DNA from: Raillietiella orientalis
Taxonomy: Eukaryota
Direction: 5' to 3'
Assembly: GCA_036172245.1 (NCBI GenBank)
Contig: JAYWIR010000014.1
Coordinates: 372,001-436,000 of the forward strand
Length of the DNA stretch: 64,000 nucleotides
Below the pieces are notes generated by a model. It did not search any database. It worked only from the letters and a program-made list of their open reading frames with translations, and was not told the origin of the DNA. The position numbers and the translations under genes are program-made. Shown here one piece after another: positions 37,833 through 52,200 of the stretch (positions are counted from its first letter, which is position 1; every line of letters starts with the position of its first letter).

Positions 37833-40800
37833 TACACATTGTGTGTTCACAGCATGTTTGCAGAACAGGGTCAACTCAAAGTCAGCAGCAAGATCTGGCC
37901 GATCTAGATCATGAAAAAAACAATTTCTTAATTTAAAGAAGTGTTAAGTGACGCAATTTAATCCCTTTGTCCCCTATAACTCTCACACATATTTAAAACC
38001 TAAATGACAGTGTTAGATGTCAATTTTCATGATATCATTATCCACTAATGTATGTTTGGTCATCGTTACTATATTTTTTTTTCGATTTGTACTAAATATA
38101 AATGCAATGACAAATTTCACCAACTTTTTTCATATTAGTAAGCCCTCATTATTGAATGATTAGCTGTTTTATCAGATATGCTTTTTGAAAAACTTGAGCA
38201 TAATGGCATTTATTTACACTGCAAGCCAATAAAATCTCATTTTTCCAATGGGATATTCTCATTTTTATACTGCAATCTATCAAAGTTAAATCTGTCTAAG
38301 AAAATGCACGTAAGTGAAGGCATAAAGAAATTTATCAAAAGAACGTTCAGAATGTGTCCTTCAGTCGATAAAGACTCTCTTTATTCGGGATGCTTGCACT
38401 TGAGTATTCAGACTGTTTAATCAATGATGATTGCTGTAAGGAAAGCTATTGAATCAATATATTGCACTGTGAACTTCCTAAGACATTCGCGATTATGCAG
38501 CAGAGGCACTTTTATCAGTTGGTCCATAGTGACCATGGGAGCCTCGCAGTCCCAAGGCCACATGCAACTTTTATGTAAGGTCCTCGGGAATCATCAAAAT
38601 TTTTTTTCCGAAACTGGATTTTTTTAATTCGCTTGAAAAATTCAACCAACTTAGAAATAACTGATTACTACAGCTTCATTCAGAATACTGAGGTGATCTT
38701 TGTGCTTCACACCTTTAATTGTTCCGTTTCATGTTTTATAGGTGTAAACTTACTTTGCTACCTTTCATATTCATTTTCTCTTCAGAACATACCCAGCACT
38801 ATGGACTCAAGTAAGACAACTCAGCTCATTGGAAGACCACTAAAATCCGGAGACATTCATTGAGACAACTTCCAAAAAGGTAGTTCAAGCTGTCCATTAT
38901 AATTTCAATTCAATATACTAGCTCTCGCTGTGTACAAAATTGCAGAGAAAGCACACTGTTTAAACAGATATGGTGCTGTTAAGACACAAACTATTGCCGA
39001 CTGCAGACCTCAGAGGTATTCCAACTATAAGCACATTGGCTGTTGCATTATTAACTTTCCTCTTGGCGTGCAAAGTCCAAAAGTTCTCTTTTAAGGTGTT
39101 AATAACGAATAATAAACCTGGGAATACTGAATTTCTTCTCTCGCTTAGCAAGCAAGGATGCATTGCTTATTTCTTTTGTTAGATCAGTTAATTGTGCTAC
39201 TTGACTCCAGTATGATTCTGTGAGTAGCGAACGAGTTTTTGAGTTTTTCACTCATTCTCATAAGCTCCTTGATGCTGCAAATTCTCATAAACTGCAAAAT
39301 AAAAGACGCTGAAGAGAACGACGGCTGTCAACAAATGTAGTCTATTTTTCTATGAAATCATTCCATGTTTCTCACGATCACCTCGGGTAGAGTACCAGGG
39401 CAAAAAACACTTGGAAATGTGACATGGAAAGTGATGTTTCAAGATGGATGAACGGAGTTGTAATTTCGTTTCGTTTTCGCAGATTCGAGCATCTTCAGTC
39501 TCCATCGTCAAAGTGATCATGCCATGATGGTGTAATGGGAAAGAAGATTCTCTGAAATCGCTCCATTAGAAAAAAAGGAAGACCTAAGGCTTTTTTTTCC
39601 GTTTGGGCATCTGATGAAGGTGAATGATAACTTCATAGCTAGGAAGCTACTCTGATGGTTAAATGTTGGTTCGCTCCCTTCGAAAATACGAACAGTATTA
39701 TCATTGTTTGATGCAAAAGATATCCACCAGCCTTTTGCGTATGTTCTCTAAACAGACTACAAGAAGGAATGCCCTCAATTGCTAAGATTCTTCAACGGTC
39801 CCTTTAGAAGATCAGTCCCAGCTAAGATTAAAGGGATGTTAATTTCTGCAAAAAAAAGATATTGCATATTTTAATGTGAAACGATCAAGGTACAAATAAT
39901 AACATCTGCATTGTTTAGAATTTCTACAGCTCTTCATCAGTTTGATGCACTGGCCTCAAATCAAAGGCCAGCAAAATTCACTTCCCATCCCTGGTCGAAT
40001 GAACAAAATTAACAGAGGATTGAAATTCCTCTACTCCACTGTTAATGAAATGAAATCATTAAGTGAAAATGTCGAATTTCGTCTTTGATAATCCACTTGT
40101 AGCTTCCTGGTGACTCGAACACAGTTCTGTACTGTTGCTGGGTGGGCATTCTTAAATTTAACTCGATTGCTTCTTGCACTTTAGATTCGTTCGGCAATGC
40201 TGTCAAGTGGAAGCCACTATGGAAAGCAAAACACTTTTTTAAAAGTTAATGGATCTTTTTGTTGAATGCAGTGTTGATAACTTCTCTGTTTCCTTGGATT
40301 AACCCGAGAATGAAAAATAGTATTTCAATTCTTGGAGCTATATCTTAACTTGCACTTGATATATCCTTATTTATTAAAATTTCGCTCAAGGAATCTTTCA
40401 AAAGTTGCTTCCTGTGAAATAGTGCAAGAAAGAGAATTGCTATGTAAGTTGGCTCCATTTTGTGGTAGGAATGCCAGACTATCCCAACCTATTGTTGCAT
40501 TATGTTTCCGATGATTGAGAAAGCTCAGATGATAAGCTTCGCGATGCATCGTGGGAGATTCGAGAGAATCTTACAATCTTGTGATGGTAAAAACTGCCAT
40601 GGCTCCTCTACGTGCCTGATAGCGTTCCTCAATAATGCAAAAAAGTGTCAAGATCTATCAACAGCTGTTGCGTTTCTGGCTGGAACGTTCAAAACGTAGG
40701 ATTGCTTGCTGACTAGTTGATTACCTTGAAAAATGGACTGTTAAAATAAATGGAATGGATTTCCAAGAAAAATAGCAGCCATGAGTCTTTGCTAAAACCA

Positions 40801-41899
40801 GATAGAGTTGGTTTCTCATTGTTTTCTAGAAAAAAATTCTCAAATTTCAGTTTGGAAATAACTGATTCTGAGAATATTCCTGGTATAATTTGACCGCCAT
40901 TCCCACCATACTCATCATTTCATAGTGAAACCGATTTTCCTTCCTGGATGCTGAATGGCATCAAAGCTGACAGGCCGAGTGTGTGATCAGCAGAACAAGA
41001 CCATTACATATATGTTCGAGTTTGCATTAGTGACCCGATGATACCAAACGGTAGATTCTGGCTGAAGATGGATTTCGGGAAACACAGCAAGGGCGTGTGT
41101 TAAAAGAACACTTCAAAACAAGGATAAAAGATCTGCACGGCAGTGTCATTTTGTCCGAATGGGCTGCTCTCTACAAGAGAAAATATAGATGCTTCAGGGC
41201 ATATAAGGAGAAACAAGTTTTTTTTTTTTACCATGTTCCAGCGAATGAGCGATTACAATGAATGCCTCTTGGAATGAGATGATCGACTCTTGAAATAGCC
41301 TAGGTAGAGGTTACTCTTTCTCAGAACACGCTTGCGGTTTCGTTTGCTTTGCAAACGAGCCAAAGTTCCCTCCAGGGTGTTTTTCGTAAACGAATATGTT
41401 GAGTCTCCTTTGAAGTTTCAAAGATCATCTTTGACTCTTCTGATCGAAATGGCTCGTACAGATTTGCTATAGAGCTAATATCGAGATTGTGCTTCTTTTT
41501 AAAGTGGAGCATCAAGATTGATAACTCTGCGACAGTCATGAATCTCATGCCTTCTCGTTCATCATTTTTATTGCCATATCACAAAGCGTTTATTGCAGAA
41601 CATTCGGGAAATTATTATATGTAAAGGATGCTTTCTGTGACACAAGAAGCAAGCAGAAATGATGAATCATCGACAGAGCAGCATAACACAATCAAGGTGG
41701 CGAGTGATTTGCAGGCGACTGTGAAAGTTAAACCCTTTGCTGACTCTGAAAAGTGATGCAGTGTTTCATTCAAATATACGTTCTCAAAGAGCATGATTTA
41801 ATCAAGGATGCAGTTCAATTTGAAGATGGAAACGCCTGAGTTGAGAAGAGTGCCTTCAGAATTCAAGTTTACATTTCCGTAAAGAGGTGCTCTGAGGTC

Positions 41900-44560
41900 G
41901 AAATACCATGTGTGGAATCTCTAAGGGAAGCATTGGAAACTCCGAAGGTTGTTTGAAGAGTGTTTCCAGAGATGCAGATGGAGCAGGTCTGAGAACGGAT
42001 TAAGAGAGGCATACGCTATATCGATTTGTGCAAGTCCGTGACCAACTTTGGGTCAGGTCGAAAGCGTTGCGGGCAAAATGATACTTCTACGAACCTACCG
42101 ACAGGAGCGATTACCGAGGAATCGGATTGGGAAACGACTCTCCAGGCTGCAGCTCTGTCCCTTAGCATGAATCAAAGGTATCACTGAATAAGCAGAAGAA
42201 AGAATCATAGGATCGGTGACGAATGAACAAAGCCTCGGAAGGCTGAGAAGAAAAGAGAAACCAACAGGAGATGAAGGCCAAAGTCTGGATGCTTTTTGGA
42301 AACTTCCGCAGGTCTTCGTGAGCTCCTTATATGCTTATATTCCTTAGTAGCGAACCAGAAGGATGCAGGAAACTCTGCTCCCTATTCCTTTGGTCAGCTG
42401 ACTCTTGGAATGGACCTTTGAGTACCTCGAGTTGCCTCAGTACCTATCTCTGTGAGCTCCTAAAGAGAAACAGCGACATCTCCAGCATACTGATCGCGGG
42501 GCCAATCTCACTCGGGCTGCGAGAGCCATGTGTTCGCTATGGAGACCTCTGGAGCTCCTTAGAACGTGTGCCGCTTCTTAAATGCATTCCCTTAGCAACG
42601 GCATCGAGGTAACACTATCACTCGCTGATGATCACGCTCCACTTTTGAACAGTGAGAAAGAAGAGGAGGGAATGTTTGGTGGCAGCGAGATCCAGTTCCA
42701 TCAGGCGCTCAACTCACAGAATCCTTTTATCCAGATGAAACCTTCTCAGATGAGCTGCAGCTGTCCTGTACTCGATTGGCCGACCTGTCAGTCAGTCTGA
42801 TATCACTGCGGTGATTTCAAGGATGTCCCGGTTGTCCTATGACGCCTCTGCTCTCTCCGCTGTTGGGACTCATCTCTTGGAGGAGGTCGTCCCAGTTCCC
42901 CGAAAAGCGTCATCTGTCATCCCCGCTAGTTCTCCGGAGCCGCATCTCTCTGTCCAAAGTGCCCGCGTATTCGCAGTGGGATGGGAAACGACGCTTTGAG
43001 GAAAACAAGCAGGAGGGACTGGAATGACCGCGAGGACATGATTTCCCCCAGCCATTCCTCCCTCCCTTCCACATGCTCTCCCCTTCCTCAGTAACGACCC
43101 GGGAGGGTTCTTAATTCGAGACGCTCCTTCATTTCCTCCCGCGTTCCTCAAGGAAGGAAGGAAGGGAATCTTGGAAGAATGGGAAGGAAATGAAATTTCG
43201 AGGTATCGAGAGGGGACCCTCTGTTACGCAGGCGTGCATCCTGGAGAGCGAACGGACGGATAGCAGCGTGTAGCCATTTTTCCTCGACGCTCGAATGATT
43301 ACAATGTGGTTTATTTCTTTGTTTTTTTTCCTCCTCTCCCTTTCCACCTGGAAACGGTCACTAGGAGGTCTGGTTTGCGTGCTTGCGATGTGCTTTCCAA
43401 TCATCTTCTTCCCACAATGGAAGGGGGAAATGGGAGGTGGAACGCAAGGAGAATCTGTCGCTGCGCGCGGGGGGTGAGGAAGGGAAGGAAACGCCTTCCG
43501 TTCCAGCTTCCTCTCCTCCTCGAGTCTAGATGCAAACGGATAGGACTCTCCTGGCAGCGAGCTCCCCCTCCTTCCCACCTCCTCGAGTCTCGAAATAGTC
43601 TCTACGAGTGCGATCCCGTCGAGACTGTGCAAACGCGAGGGAGCAGAGAGCGAGCGGAACCTCCACTGCTTTGCACGCGGGAGAATGATGTTTTTCGAGA
43701 TGGAGCAAGAAAAGAGCTCGGGACCCAAGACGGGAACTGGGAAGGTGGAAAACTGGATCAAAAAGGAAACGTCTTGGGGTGTAAGTAAGGCACCTCTCCC
43801 TTGATCGAGAGATGAGGGGACTCTCCTCTTCCTTTGGGAAATGGTGGAGAATTCTAACTACCCTGACCACTCGAAGCAGAAAGGATCTTCGTTTAGGAGT
43901 TCAGCTACCGTATGAGTGGAGACAGGGTGGCATAGAACACTGGAGGAACTCCAGGAGCTCAAATTTGCGTGTATGGACACAGTCTTCTGGAAGTCGGACT
44001 TGCCACCTGTGTTAGGGAGCGAGCAGGGGACAAGAAGAAAAATCCTCAGGAAACTTGGGAAAGGATCGAAAATTTTTTTCTCGAGTGGAGTTTTTCCCTT
44101 TCCTTAGTAGTGGCGTGTGAGGGGCCTGCCTCTTGCACACGGCTCGTCGAATTGTGCATGGAGAAGGGGCGCCAAAGGTCAGGACACGACCTACAAAAGG
44201 CGGTGGCGGAGTGCTCAGTGTTCCAGCGCCCTGCGCCTGGAGCCGTTCGTCTGCGTCTGTGAGGTCGGAGGCCTTTCATGTAGAGCGAGCCGACGAGGAA
44301 ACACCACCGAATGTAGTGCAGCTGGAGGGTGCTCAAGCGGAGGGGCCATGGAGGACGGAAGCTCTCTTTCGCAAGCCAGTGGTCTCAAAGGAAGACCGCA
44401 AATCATCCTGAGATCAAAGATTTCTCTTCCTGGATCGCCTATGAGCACATACTTTCCCTCTCGTTAAGGAATTTCAGCATTTTCTCCTTTTATGTCTCAC
44501 TTCTATCTTACTTTACTCTGTCGTTCAGAGCAAGAAGAGCAGTAGCAGTGTCGCACAGAC
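41900..44560 (+). mobile_element. Degenerate LINE ORF2 (APE-RT), L1-like
   Basis: IAGPI (GDFN-like), SLADDHAP (SDH-like), VVPVPRK, RSRISLS, frameshifted RGI..GDPL (~43200), RRSGLR and RQGGI, all in the canonical order. Confidence 0.65.
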
Positions 44561-44899
44561 CCCTACTCTAAACAACCTTCTTGCACTCCGGCACTTCTGT
44601 CGTTTCTATTGGTTAGGGCTGAGAAGTAACCGTGTCTGAGCTTTACTCGGAGCAAGAAGAAATTCTCAATCGACGCTTTCCATGGTCACCTCGAGCAGTC
44701 CCCATCTCTTCGTCTGGCTCATCGATTCTTCGGACACTCGTACAGCTGCTCTCAGACCCGTACTTACGAGCTGCAGCATTTCTCTGAAGAAAGAAAGGTC
44801 GCGTTTAGCATCTCTGTGGGGTCATTTGCTCGCACAGCAGGAATCTCTTCATTCGTTCAAGGCTGAAGCTGGTTAGGGCTGACCGGTACTGACATCACT

Positions 44900-45880
44900 G
44901 TGCCTTCCTCAGAAGGATCGCAAATTTCTTCGGACAGCCGGCTTTTCTGCCTTTTGAAATTTCTCTTGATTTTCCCAAGAAGGACATTTTCGGTCATGAG
45001 TTTTCAGGACCTGTGGAATGTGGCCTCGGCTGTTTCTTCCCTTGAACTACGCTTTTTTCGATCCAGCATCGCTCTTGAGGGGAACCAAGTGAACCCACCC
45101 GGAACCTAGCCCAATCCTCCTTCTCAGCAGACTAGAAAACCTCCGGAACAAAGTGATCTCTCCTTAGGATGCGCAAATCCATCCTCCGATGGATGTCATA
45201 ATCGTTGTTTCCCTGTTCTCTCATGTCCTTTCTTTGGTCGCTTTCTTGAGAAACATAGCCTTTATACGAGACAAAACACCTGGAAATGCGCTGCCCAGAG
45301 AGGATACTGTGGGATTCTTGAGTGGCTCTAGAAAATATGGCCACGGTGGTGCAGCTTCGATCCAGAGGAATCCTAGTACTGCACTCCGAAAACTTCGTGC
45401 TCTTCCACAAAGTTTGACCTCGCGGAAGAAAAAGTGCAGAGAGCTTCAACGTGAAAGATGCTGCTCGTCGTGGACCATGATTGCTGTATCTCATTCTCCT
45501 TAGGGCTGCAGCACTTTGAGTATCGGTGGAACACTTTGCACACTTTGCAAAGAAAACTGACTTGCCCCCATCGTTCACCGCACTCTTTGGTTTGCTCAAT
45601 TCCCTGGAGTTCAAGTGATCACCGAGCATCCACTGGTAGAAACACCAAGAAATGCGCTCGCTCAGAAGTGGTAAAAGCTCTCTCTATTCCTCACGTGCTT
45701 CTGGAATGCCCCAGAGGCCACATCAAAGATATAAGCGCATCGCGGGGGATTTCAAATGACCGACAATGTCACCCGGGATCCCTAAGAAAAACGTTCGCTT
45801 TGCCTTTTTCCAGTAACCTCTTTGATGATCACCTGTCACGTGTGAGCAATGTAATCGTCAAAATAAAAGGAGAATGACCG
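44900..45880 (+). mobile_element. Ty3/Gypsy RT-RNase H relic
   Basis: MDVIIVVS..SHVLSLV (YMDDI..S...H-like), VGFLSGSRKY (FLG...Y-like), SDHRA (TDH-like) and CHPGS. Confidence 0.55.
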
Positions 45881-47114
45881 TCATCGAAGGAAGTGGTAGC
45901 CGCCGAGGAGCGGCAGAATGTCTCAAACTACAAGATGTAATCAGAAAGCTGTCGAAGAAATTAAACCTGGCAGCACTGCATTTCTTTTCTTCTTTCCTCC
46001 TCTCAAGGCTCTCGGTATTTCAATCATCACCCTGAAACTCGTCTCTCCCACCCTTATCTATTAATTTATTCGTCCTACCTCCTGACTCTTTCTGTTCAGT
46101 CCCCAGAGGGGATCGGACCCCTTCGTTTCGTCTCTGCAGATATCTATCACTTGCTCACTGTCTCTTTATTTATTTATCTCAAATGAACGGTCCGGCATGA
46201 AGAATGAGAGGCCTTGATCAGCCTCAGGAAACACCACCTGCAGTATGATCTTGAAGAAAAACCCGTACCATGTTAAGGGACATGCCTCAGAAAGGCTCCT
46301 CGAGAAGTGGTTTTCCTCAGAAAATCGTTTTTCGTCTGGAAACACGACTCTTGTGCTTTTCTGAAGCTTCCCTTCGCGACAAAGACATGGAAATGGAAAT
46401 TTTTGGAAATTTTTGAAACCCGGATAAGAATGAAATCATCAAACGAAACGGAGTGAGGATGGGTACCTGCACAGAGGTTTCAGTTTCAGAAAATCCTGAC
46501 CGAGAAAATAAAATCACGAAGCAGTTCGAAAGCATCAGTCGCTCCACTGATCACCGAATTCTTCCGGTAGGAGCTGGGGTCGCGTTACTCGTTTCCCGCC
46601 CTTTCGATTAGGAGGTAGTCTGCAGCTGTTTCTTGAAAAGAAAGAAACTCCAGCCATCATGACGGCCAAGAGTCGTTCTATGAAACAACAGCTCTAGGTG
46701 TAAAGTCCACCTGACTGAGACTTCTGTGCCCACTAGCACTCTCAAAAACAATCGACAACTAGAAAGGAGGAGAAAGGAACTGGAACAGTGAGAAGACGTC
46801 ATGTTTCTCCGGATTGGACTTCTTTGGGAGAGCATAGAACGTTCTTTGGCTATTTACTGGTAAGAAAATCTGCAGTAGGATGGTGAAAAAGGTCTTGTTT
46901 CTGATCCGAGTATCCGTAGCGGGAGCAGGACTGCGTCTTTGCCTGGGAACGATTCCGATCCAGTGTGCTCTATGAAACACAGCTCGCGGGACTGTTCTTC
47001 AATAACTAGAGGAACAACACAGGTGAGAAGGAGAAAATTTTTTTCAGGAAGTTTTCTTTTGTCTTCGGCTTTTTCCCATTCTCTAGGGGAGGGTAAAGGG
47101 TAAAGGCTGCGATC

Positions 47115-47340
47115 GCGTTGGCGGCCGCGTGGCTGCGCTCTCGGCGCGGTCTACCAAACGCTTTGGGTTCGAATCCTCAAGTGGAGGATCGACGCCGACA
47201 AATGGGTGCATCATGGGTTTCGAGTCTCCCTCACAAGATGACGCTGCTTGGTCTGTGGGCTCCGGGCGCGGTACTGGTGTAACCTGGATGCCCCCGTTTA
47301 GTGGTCGGGATTGGAAGTTAACCCTTCGGAGGCTTTACAG
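47115..47340 (+). mobile_element. Probable tRNA-derived SINE, copy 2
   Basis: A-box-like gcggccgcgtgg and perfect B box GGTTCGAATCC (47166-47176). Homologous to the copy at 31752. No complete tRNA cloverleaf. Confidence 0.65.
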
Positions 47341-47999
47341 AAATTTAGGAGATGGTTCCCTTTGGGGTCTCCCTTCCAGTTGTGAAAATAGAACCGTATC
47401 ATGGAGCCGGTTGATACCCCTCCTTGGTGGGTTTCCTTTCCAAAATGTAAGAAGCACGCTGCTCCCTTCAGGGAGCGCCCTTCAGAAAAATTTGGAAGCA
47501 TTCCGCCATTTCCTAAACAAGGGAAATTCCAGGGTCTTTTGTGAAGGTGTTTTGTGTCACTTTCTTCTGGTCCTGAGATCAAGCAGTTACCATTAGGCGC
47601 CTTGAGAAAGTCTCTGAGTGAATTTTGGACCCTGTGATCCTTCACTTATTTGATTGTCGCTTCTTTACCACACCCTTTCTTTTACATATGCACTGATCCA
47701 TCTCCGTTGGTAGGTGGTAGCGAGCCACTGGCCACAACGATTTGAAAGAAAACCCTCAGCAGTTGACTAATCCATAGAGTCGCGTGCATGTGATTATGAG
47801 ATTGCTCAGCAGGTTTTCCGTTCTAGAAAAGCATCCGAAGAAGAAACGAATCGAAGTCCTGGAGTGAAGCTAACATCCAACGCCGTCGAGAGTTTGATCG
47901 CGTCGGGAAGCATTCACTGGTTCTCTGCGAATAAACAGTCAGAGGAAAAGCGGAACAACCGTTGTAAATAATTCATTCCGAGCCATCTCCATAGGTATC

Positions 48000-49250
48000 G
48001 TCTGTCTGCTGATCCACACATGCAATTCGATTTTTGGCTACAAAGTGCAGCTATTCCCAGCCTAAACCTCGGATCCAACCTGTCCAGTGGCTCTTCTTTA
48101 GGCCGAATCTTTTGAGTTTACATCAGCTTCTTGCTTGGTAGCGATAAATGTTCTCGATCATGTTTCGAGATCCTCTCTGCCGACTATCCAGGACGCTTTT
48201 GGATAGGGATTGTGCTGTGTACAATCCCTTGGACTCGAACTCGTGCCTCGTTGTGGTCTTGGAAACCAATCATGATGAAAACCAAAATCCTACGGTGAAA
48301 TCTCCATGATGCGCACTGCTTCTTGGATTGGTTTGGTTCAGCTGGTCACATGCTGGTGAGAATCTTATGCACTCAGCTTTCAACGAATGCTCACTGGAAA
48401 GCAACATCCGCACACTCCAGTTACGCGAATCACGTGGATGAAATTCATCAAAACTCGAGCTTCTGATCTTTTATATTTGTTTTTCTCTTGCTCATTCGTT
48501 TCTTTTCCTTTTCTAAAATGAGACAGGATCTGAGTCCCGATCAAAATCGAAGTCAAATAGCAGCGACAGAGGATAAGGATCTCTTCAGAGCTGTTTCGTG
48601 CACATCTTTTCGAGCATTGGTTTTTACTGTTTCCGTTCAGTGGAGTCACCTTAAGAAACCATTTTTAATGATTGGAGGATAGAAAAAATTGCTCGTGAAA
48701 TTCGTCCAGCCATCATCATTATGCATTCTTCATTGTTGCTTGAGGACGAAGCTTACTAGATTTGAAAGTTTCTGTCTAAGGAAATTATCAGCAAACCCGC
48801 TTTTTGTTGATGGCTGTAAGGAGTAGAATGGTTTAGAGGAGTAGAGTTTCCAGATGAAGTTTATAAAGGCAGCAGTTTTCATGTTTTGTATTCTCATAGA
48901 TGCCATCAGTGCAGCCATATTTAGCAAGTTCCTGGTTCAGCTCTGAAACCTGTAACAAATCTGAACTTGTTATTGCTGATGAAGGCTACAGAACTCGAAA
49001 GACGAGAAGCGAAACCGCAGAGTATTACAAACGGTTCTGTCAATCAAGCAATCAGCCTACTGCAACTACTAATAGCAAACTGCGCAGAATATAATCACTG
49101 TTCAGGGAGATAAAAACAGTGTACACACCCACTTCGGAAGGTCTCCATCAACTCGATACCCAATACTCACGAATTTCCATGAATTCGCCAAAATGAGGAA
49201 AGTGCTGTTATCATTACTCGCTTTCGTTATTGATTGTTGTAGAAGGGTGA
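48000..49250 (-). mobile_element. Possible RNase H-bearing LINE relic
   Basis: YGCTDGI (YTDGS-like, ~48905) and ECADVA (NE.AD-like, ~48410). Confidence 0.3.
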
Positions 49251-50569
49251 GCGGTTTGGACGAATTGTCGCCTATTTCACCACAAGCACAGCCAGTTTTC
49301 CTTGCGGTTGTTGGAGGTTTTTGTAGTAAAGTTATTGAAACAGCTTATCGCAAATGGTTTCAACGTAAATGATCTGTTTTTTTTCTTGGCGCATTTTGTA
49401 ATGAAAGATAAGATGGCTAGGCAACTTATAGAATAATTCATTTCTCTAAATATCAGTCGTAATGCCAATTATTAGAGTTCATAATGGTAAATCATTCAGC
49501 ATACTGAATTAACTGAGTGAAGTGGAATTCTCAGATTTCTCAGAAAAAAGCATTTTGTAGGCCACGGATGAAAGCCATGTTTCAAGGAATTTTTCTTTGA
49601 AGTTACGAAGCCATTTCTCGACACTGTCTCACAACTTGGGAATATATCTTACATGCTATTAGCTGGAATCAAATCGATCAGTTTTTGGTTCTCATTTGAT
49701 CGGTGTTTTATTAGTAGTTTTGGAACAGACGGTCTAAGTTTGCTTGTCCGATTCAAATCTGTAGTCCCTTACCAACGTAAATTTCTTTTGGAACTCAGGT
49801 GTTTCACGCATCTGCCATCAAATTTTTATTTCACTTATCAGGCCTTTAAAATTTGGACATCCCCTTTGGATTTCGAAAAGCTTAGGCGCTGAGAGCTCAT
49901 CATCCGCCTACTTCCAGCTTCTGCAATAAGCACACCTATGTGAACACGGTGGGATAATTGATGACAAGGCAATGACACAATTTTACTAATAGAAACCTCT
50001 CATTTATGCGATTCGAGAGATGTCAAGGCACATGTGCTCAAGGTAGAAAGAGCAAAAGGTATCTGATGTACATTCGGCAAAACGTTCTGCAAAAGATATC
50101 TGTGCTATTGATGCTGATGATCATTAATTCATATCTGTTCCTCTAAGCGTCCTACTTTCTTGTTATTTATTTATTCAAAGAAATAATAAATCTGCAAGCC
50201 GGGACTGATGCGATTTGTTTTCAAGCTACTTTGTGATAAAATTAACTATGGCAAAGCTATCGTCCTCTCGTTAAGGAACGTAAAAATAAAAAAGCAGGGG
50301 AATACCGCAGCAGGAACCTTTTTTTTTGGCCAAAGTTTTTAAAAACTTCAAATAGAGGAAACCAAGAATTAAAAAATTGATCTTTGCCTACACCCACGGA
50401 GATGCATCAGGATTGATTGTGGTTGTTAGTATCCTAAATCAAACTGATGGGCAAAATTAGTGAATTTTTTAGCTGCAGTTTTCTAGCAACATCTCAGTAC
50501 TTTTGAGTGATTTATATTATTATCGCAGCATGTTTACGTGCTCAACGAAAGCTTCGAAATGGAACCTCT

Positions 50570-51250
50570 TTTAAAATCCCCACGTGCTCTGGTGTATCAT
50601 GGAGCTGACTGGACGGACGCCGAGAAACACATCTGGATCAATGCAGTCTGGATCATTTAAAGCTTTTTGCAGTTCTTGTAGTATTGCAGAGAGCTTGCAT
50701 CTGTTCCGAAGGCGAAGAATAAAAAATGAGACGCAAGCATAGAAACAGGTGTGCTCCGATTCAACATGGATGTGTAGAAGGGGTACTACAAAGACTGATA
50801 TCAAACGACTCCCTGAACCTTGCTCAAATTGTACGTGTTGTTGATCATGAGCTCACCGAATGCTCGAGGCTTGCTTGAAATGACTGCCCGAGGCTGCCCG
50901 CTGAACGAAATGACTGCCATTCCAGCAGCGACTTCCAGTAGGCAGTGAGAATTTTCTTCTGAGGTGTGAGTCACCATAAAAGTCCTTTCGTAAGCCATTC
51001 GCTGCCTAGGATTGAAAAATGACGTACCCTCAGAGAGTTTCGATGAGCAGTCTGTCTTCCTAGATAAGTCCAGTAGAGTTTTTGGTGAACTGATGCAATA
51101 TCTGCAATTCAGTCACAACCTTGCCTTCAATCACCTCAGTGCTCGTCAGCTTTATAAATCAACAGAATTCGGCTGCAACGCTAGGAAAACTTGCCCAGCT
51201 TCCAATGCAAGAGAAAATTCTCGGATCGAACCCAATCGTGTGTGTTGTGT
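50570..51250 (-). mobile_element. Gypsy RNase H relic
   Basis: RTFMVTHT (F.V.TDH-like) and INNTYNLSK (N..AD.LSR-like). Confidence 0.3.
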
Positions 51251-51899
51251 GTATGTATGCGTTGAAATCAAATGCTGATTAAGTAGTTGGCAACAAATGC
51301 GGAACAAAAGAGCGAAGAACAGCTACGAGGAAAGTGGCAACAGCTAGTTCGTTAGACCAAAATGGTAAGAAGCTGGGAATTCCATGACGACATGCGTACA
51401 ACACATCGATGCAGGAAGAATAAAAGAATACAGGAGGGAGGTTACGAAAATGAAGTAACTTAAAAATTTTCAGGTCTGCTAGAAATATACATGAGATGAA
51501 TTCTTTCCTTGCAAAAGTATCAAACGTAGTTTGCATAACGTCTCCTCAGATTTACGACAATGTTTCTGCAGCAAGACAAAGTGTATGAGCCGTGTACCGC
51601 GCTTTTGAAAAAATGCTTCTTCCATGGCTTCCGATTTGCCAAATAGATTAATGGGTTTGTTTTTCTTGCTCAGATTCTTGTTCGCCAGTCTCCGTAGTGT
51701 CACGTAGTCTTGAAAATCATCCTCAACCTTCTTTTCTTCTATTTTTTTTCCCTTCTGTGTTTGTGAGATCCATTGCAATGCAGCATGGCGCCAACTCAGC
51801 TTTCATAGTGCTCAGTCATCCGGAAGTTTATGTGACCGAAGCCGAATTAATTTCTGTATTTTCATGTGTTAGTTCATCCACGTCCAGTGGCACGCCTCA

Positions 51900-52200
51900 G
51901 TTATGTGTTATTTTCGTGTTTGCCTTTCTTCTTCACCACAAGCTCACTACCAAAAAGGCTTACGACAAACAACACATCAAAAACACAGGGTGAGCACTTG
52001 ACATCTGCATCTTTCAGGCGGCTCACCTTGCTATGGAAGGTAAGGTCCAATGTATAGAAAAAGATGTTGCAAGGTAAGTAAAACGAGAAGCCTGAACTGT
52101 CTTTATGTACTGTCTTTCGTAACGGTTTTCAGTGTCCACCCTATTCATATAAGAAACTATTTTCTCACGTGCAGAAGTGGCAAACAAAGATTTGATACAG
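51900..52200 (+). mobile_element. LTR-retrotransposon post-integrase fragment
   Basis: KKAYDKQH and VHPIHIRNY remnants. Confidence 0.3.

Noticed and set aside
38150..41300. Possible further LINE RT relics or host exons
   Set aside because: Motif resemblances were too weak to support a call, and no consistent spliced reading frame was found.
43129..43788. 210-aa and 160-aa ORFs as host genes
   Set aside because: They lie within, or antisense to, a decayed LINE RT.
47087..47106. agggtaaagggtaaagg as a telomeric repeat
   Set aside because: Only about two units, and TAAAGGG is not TTTAGGG or TTAGG(G).
47115..47185. Intact tRNA gene
   Set aside because: The B box is present, but I could not fold acceptor and anticodon stems. 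Homology with the 31.75 kb copy continues beyond the tRNA-like part.
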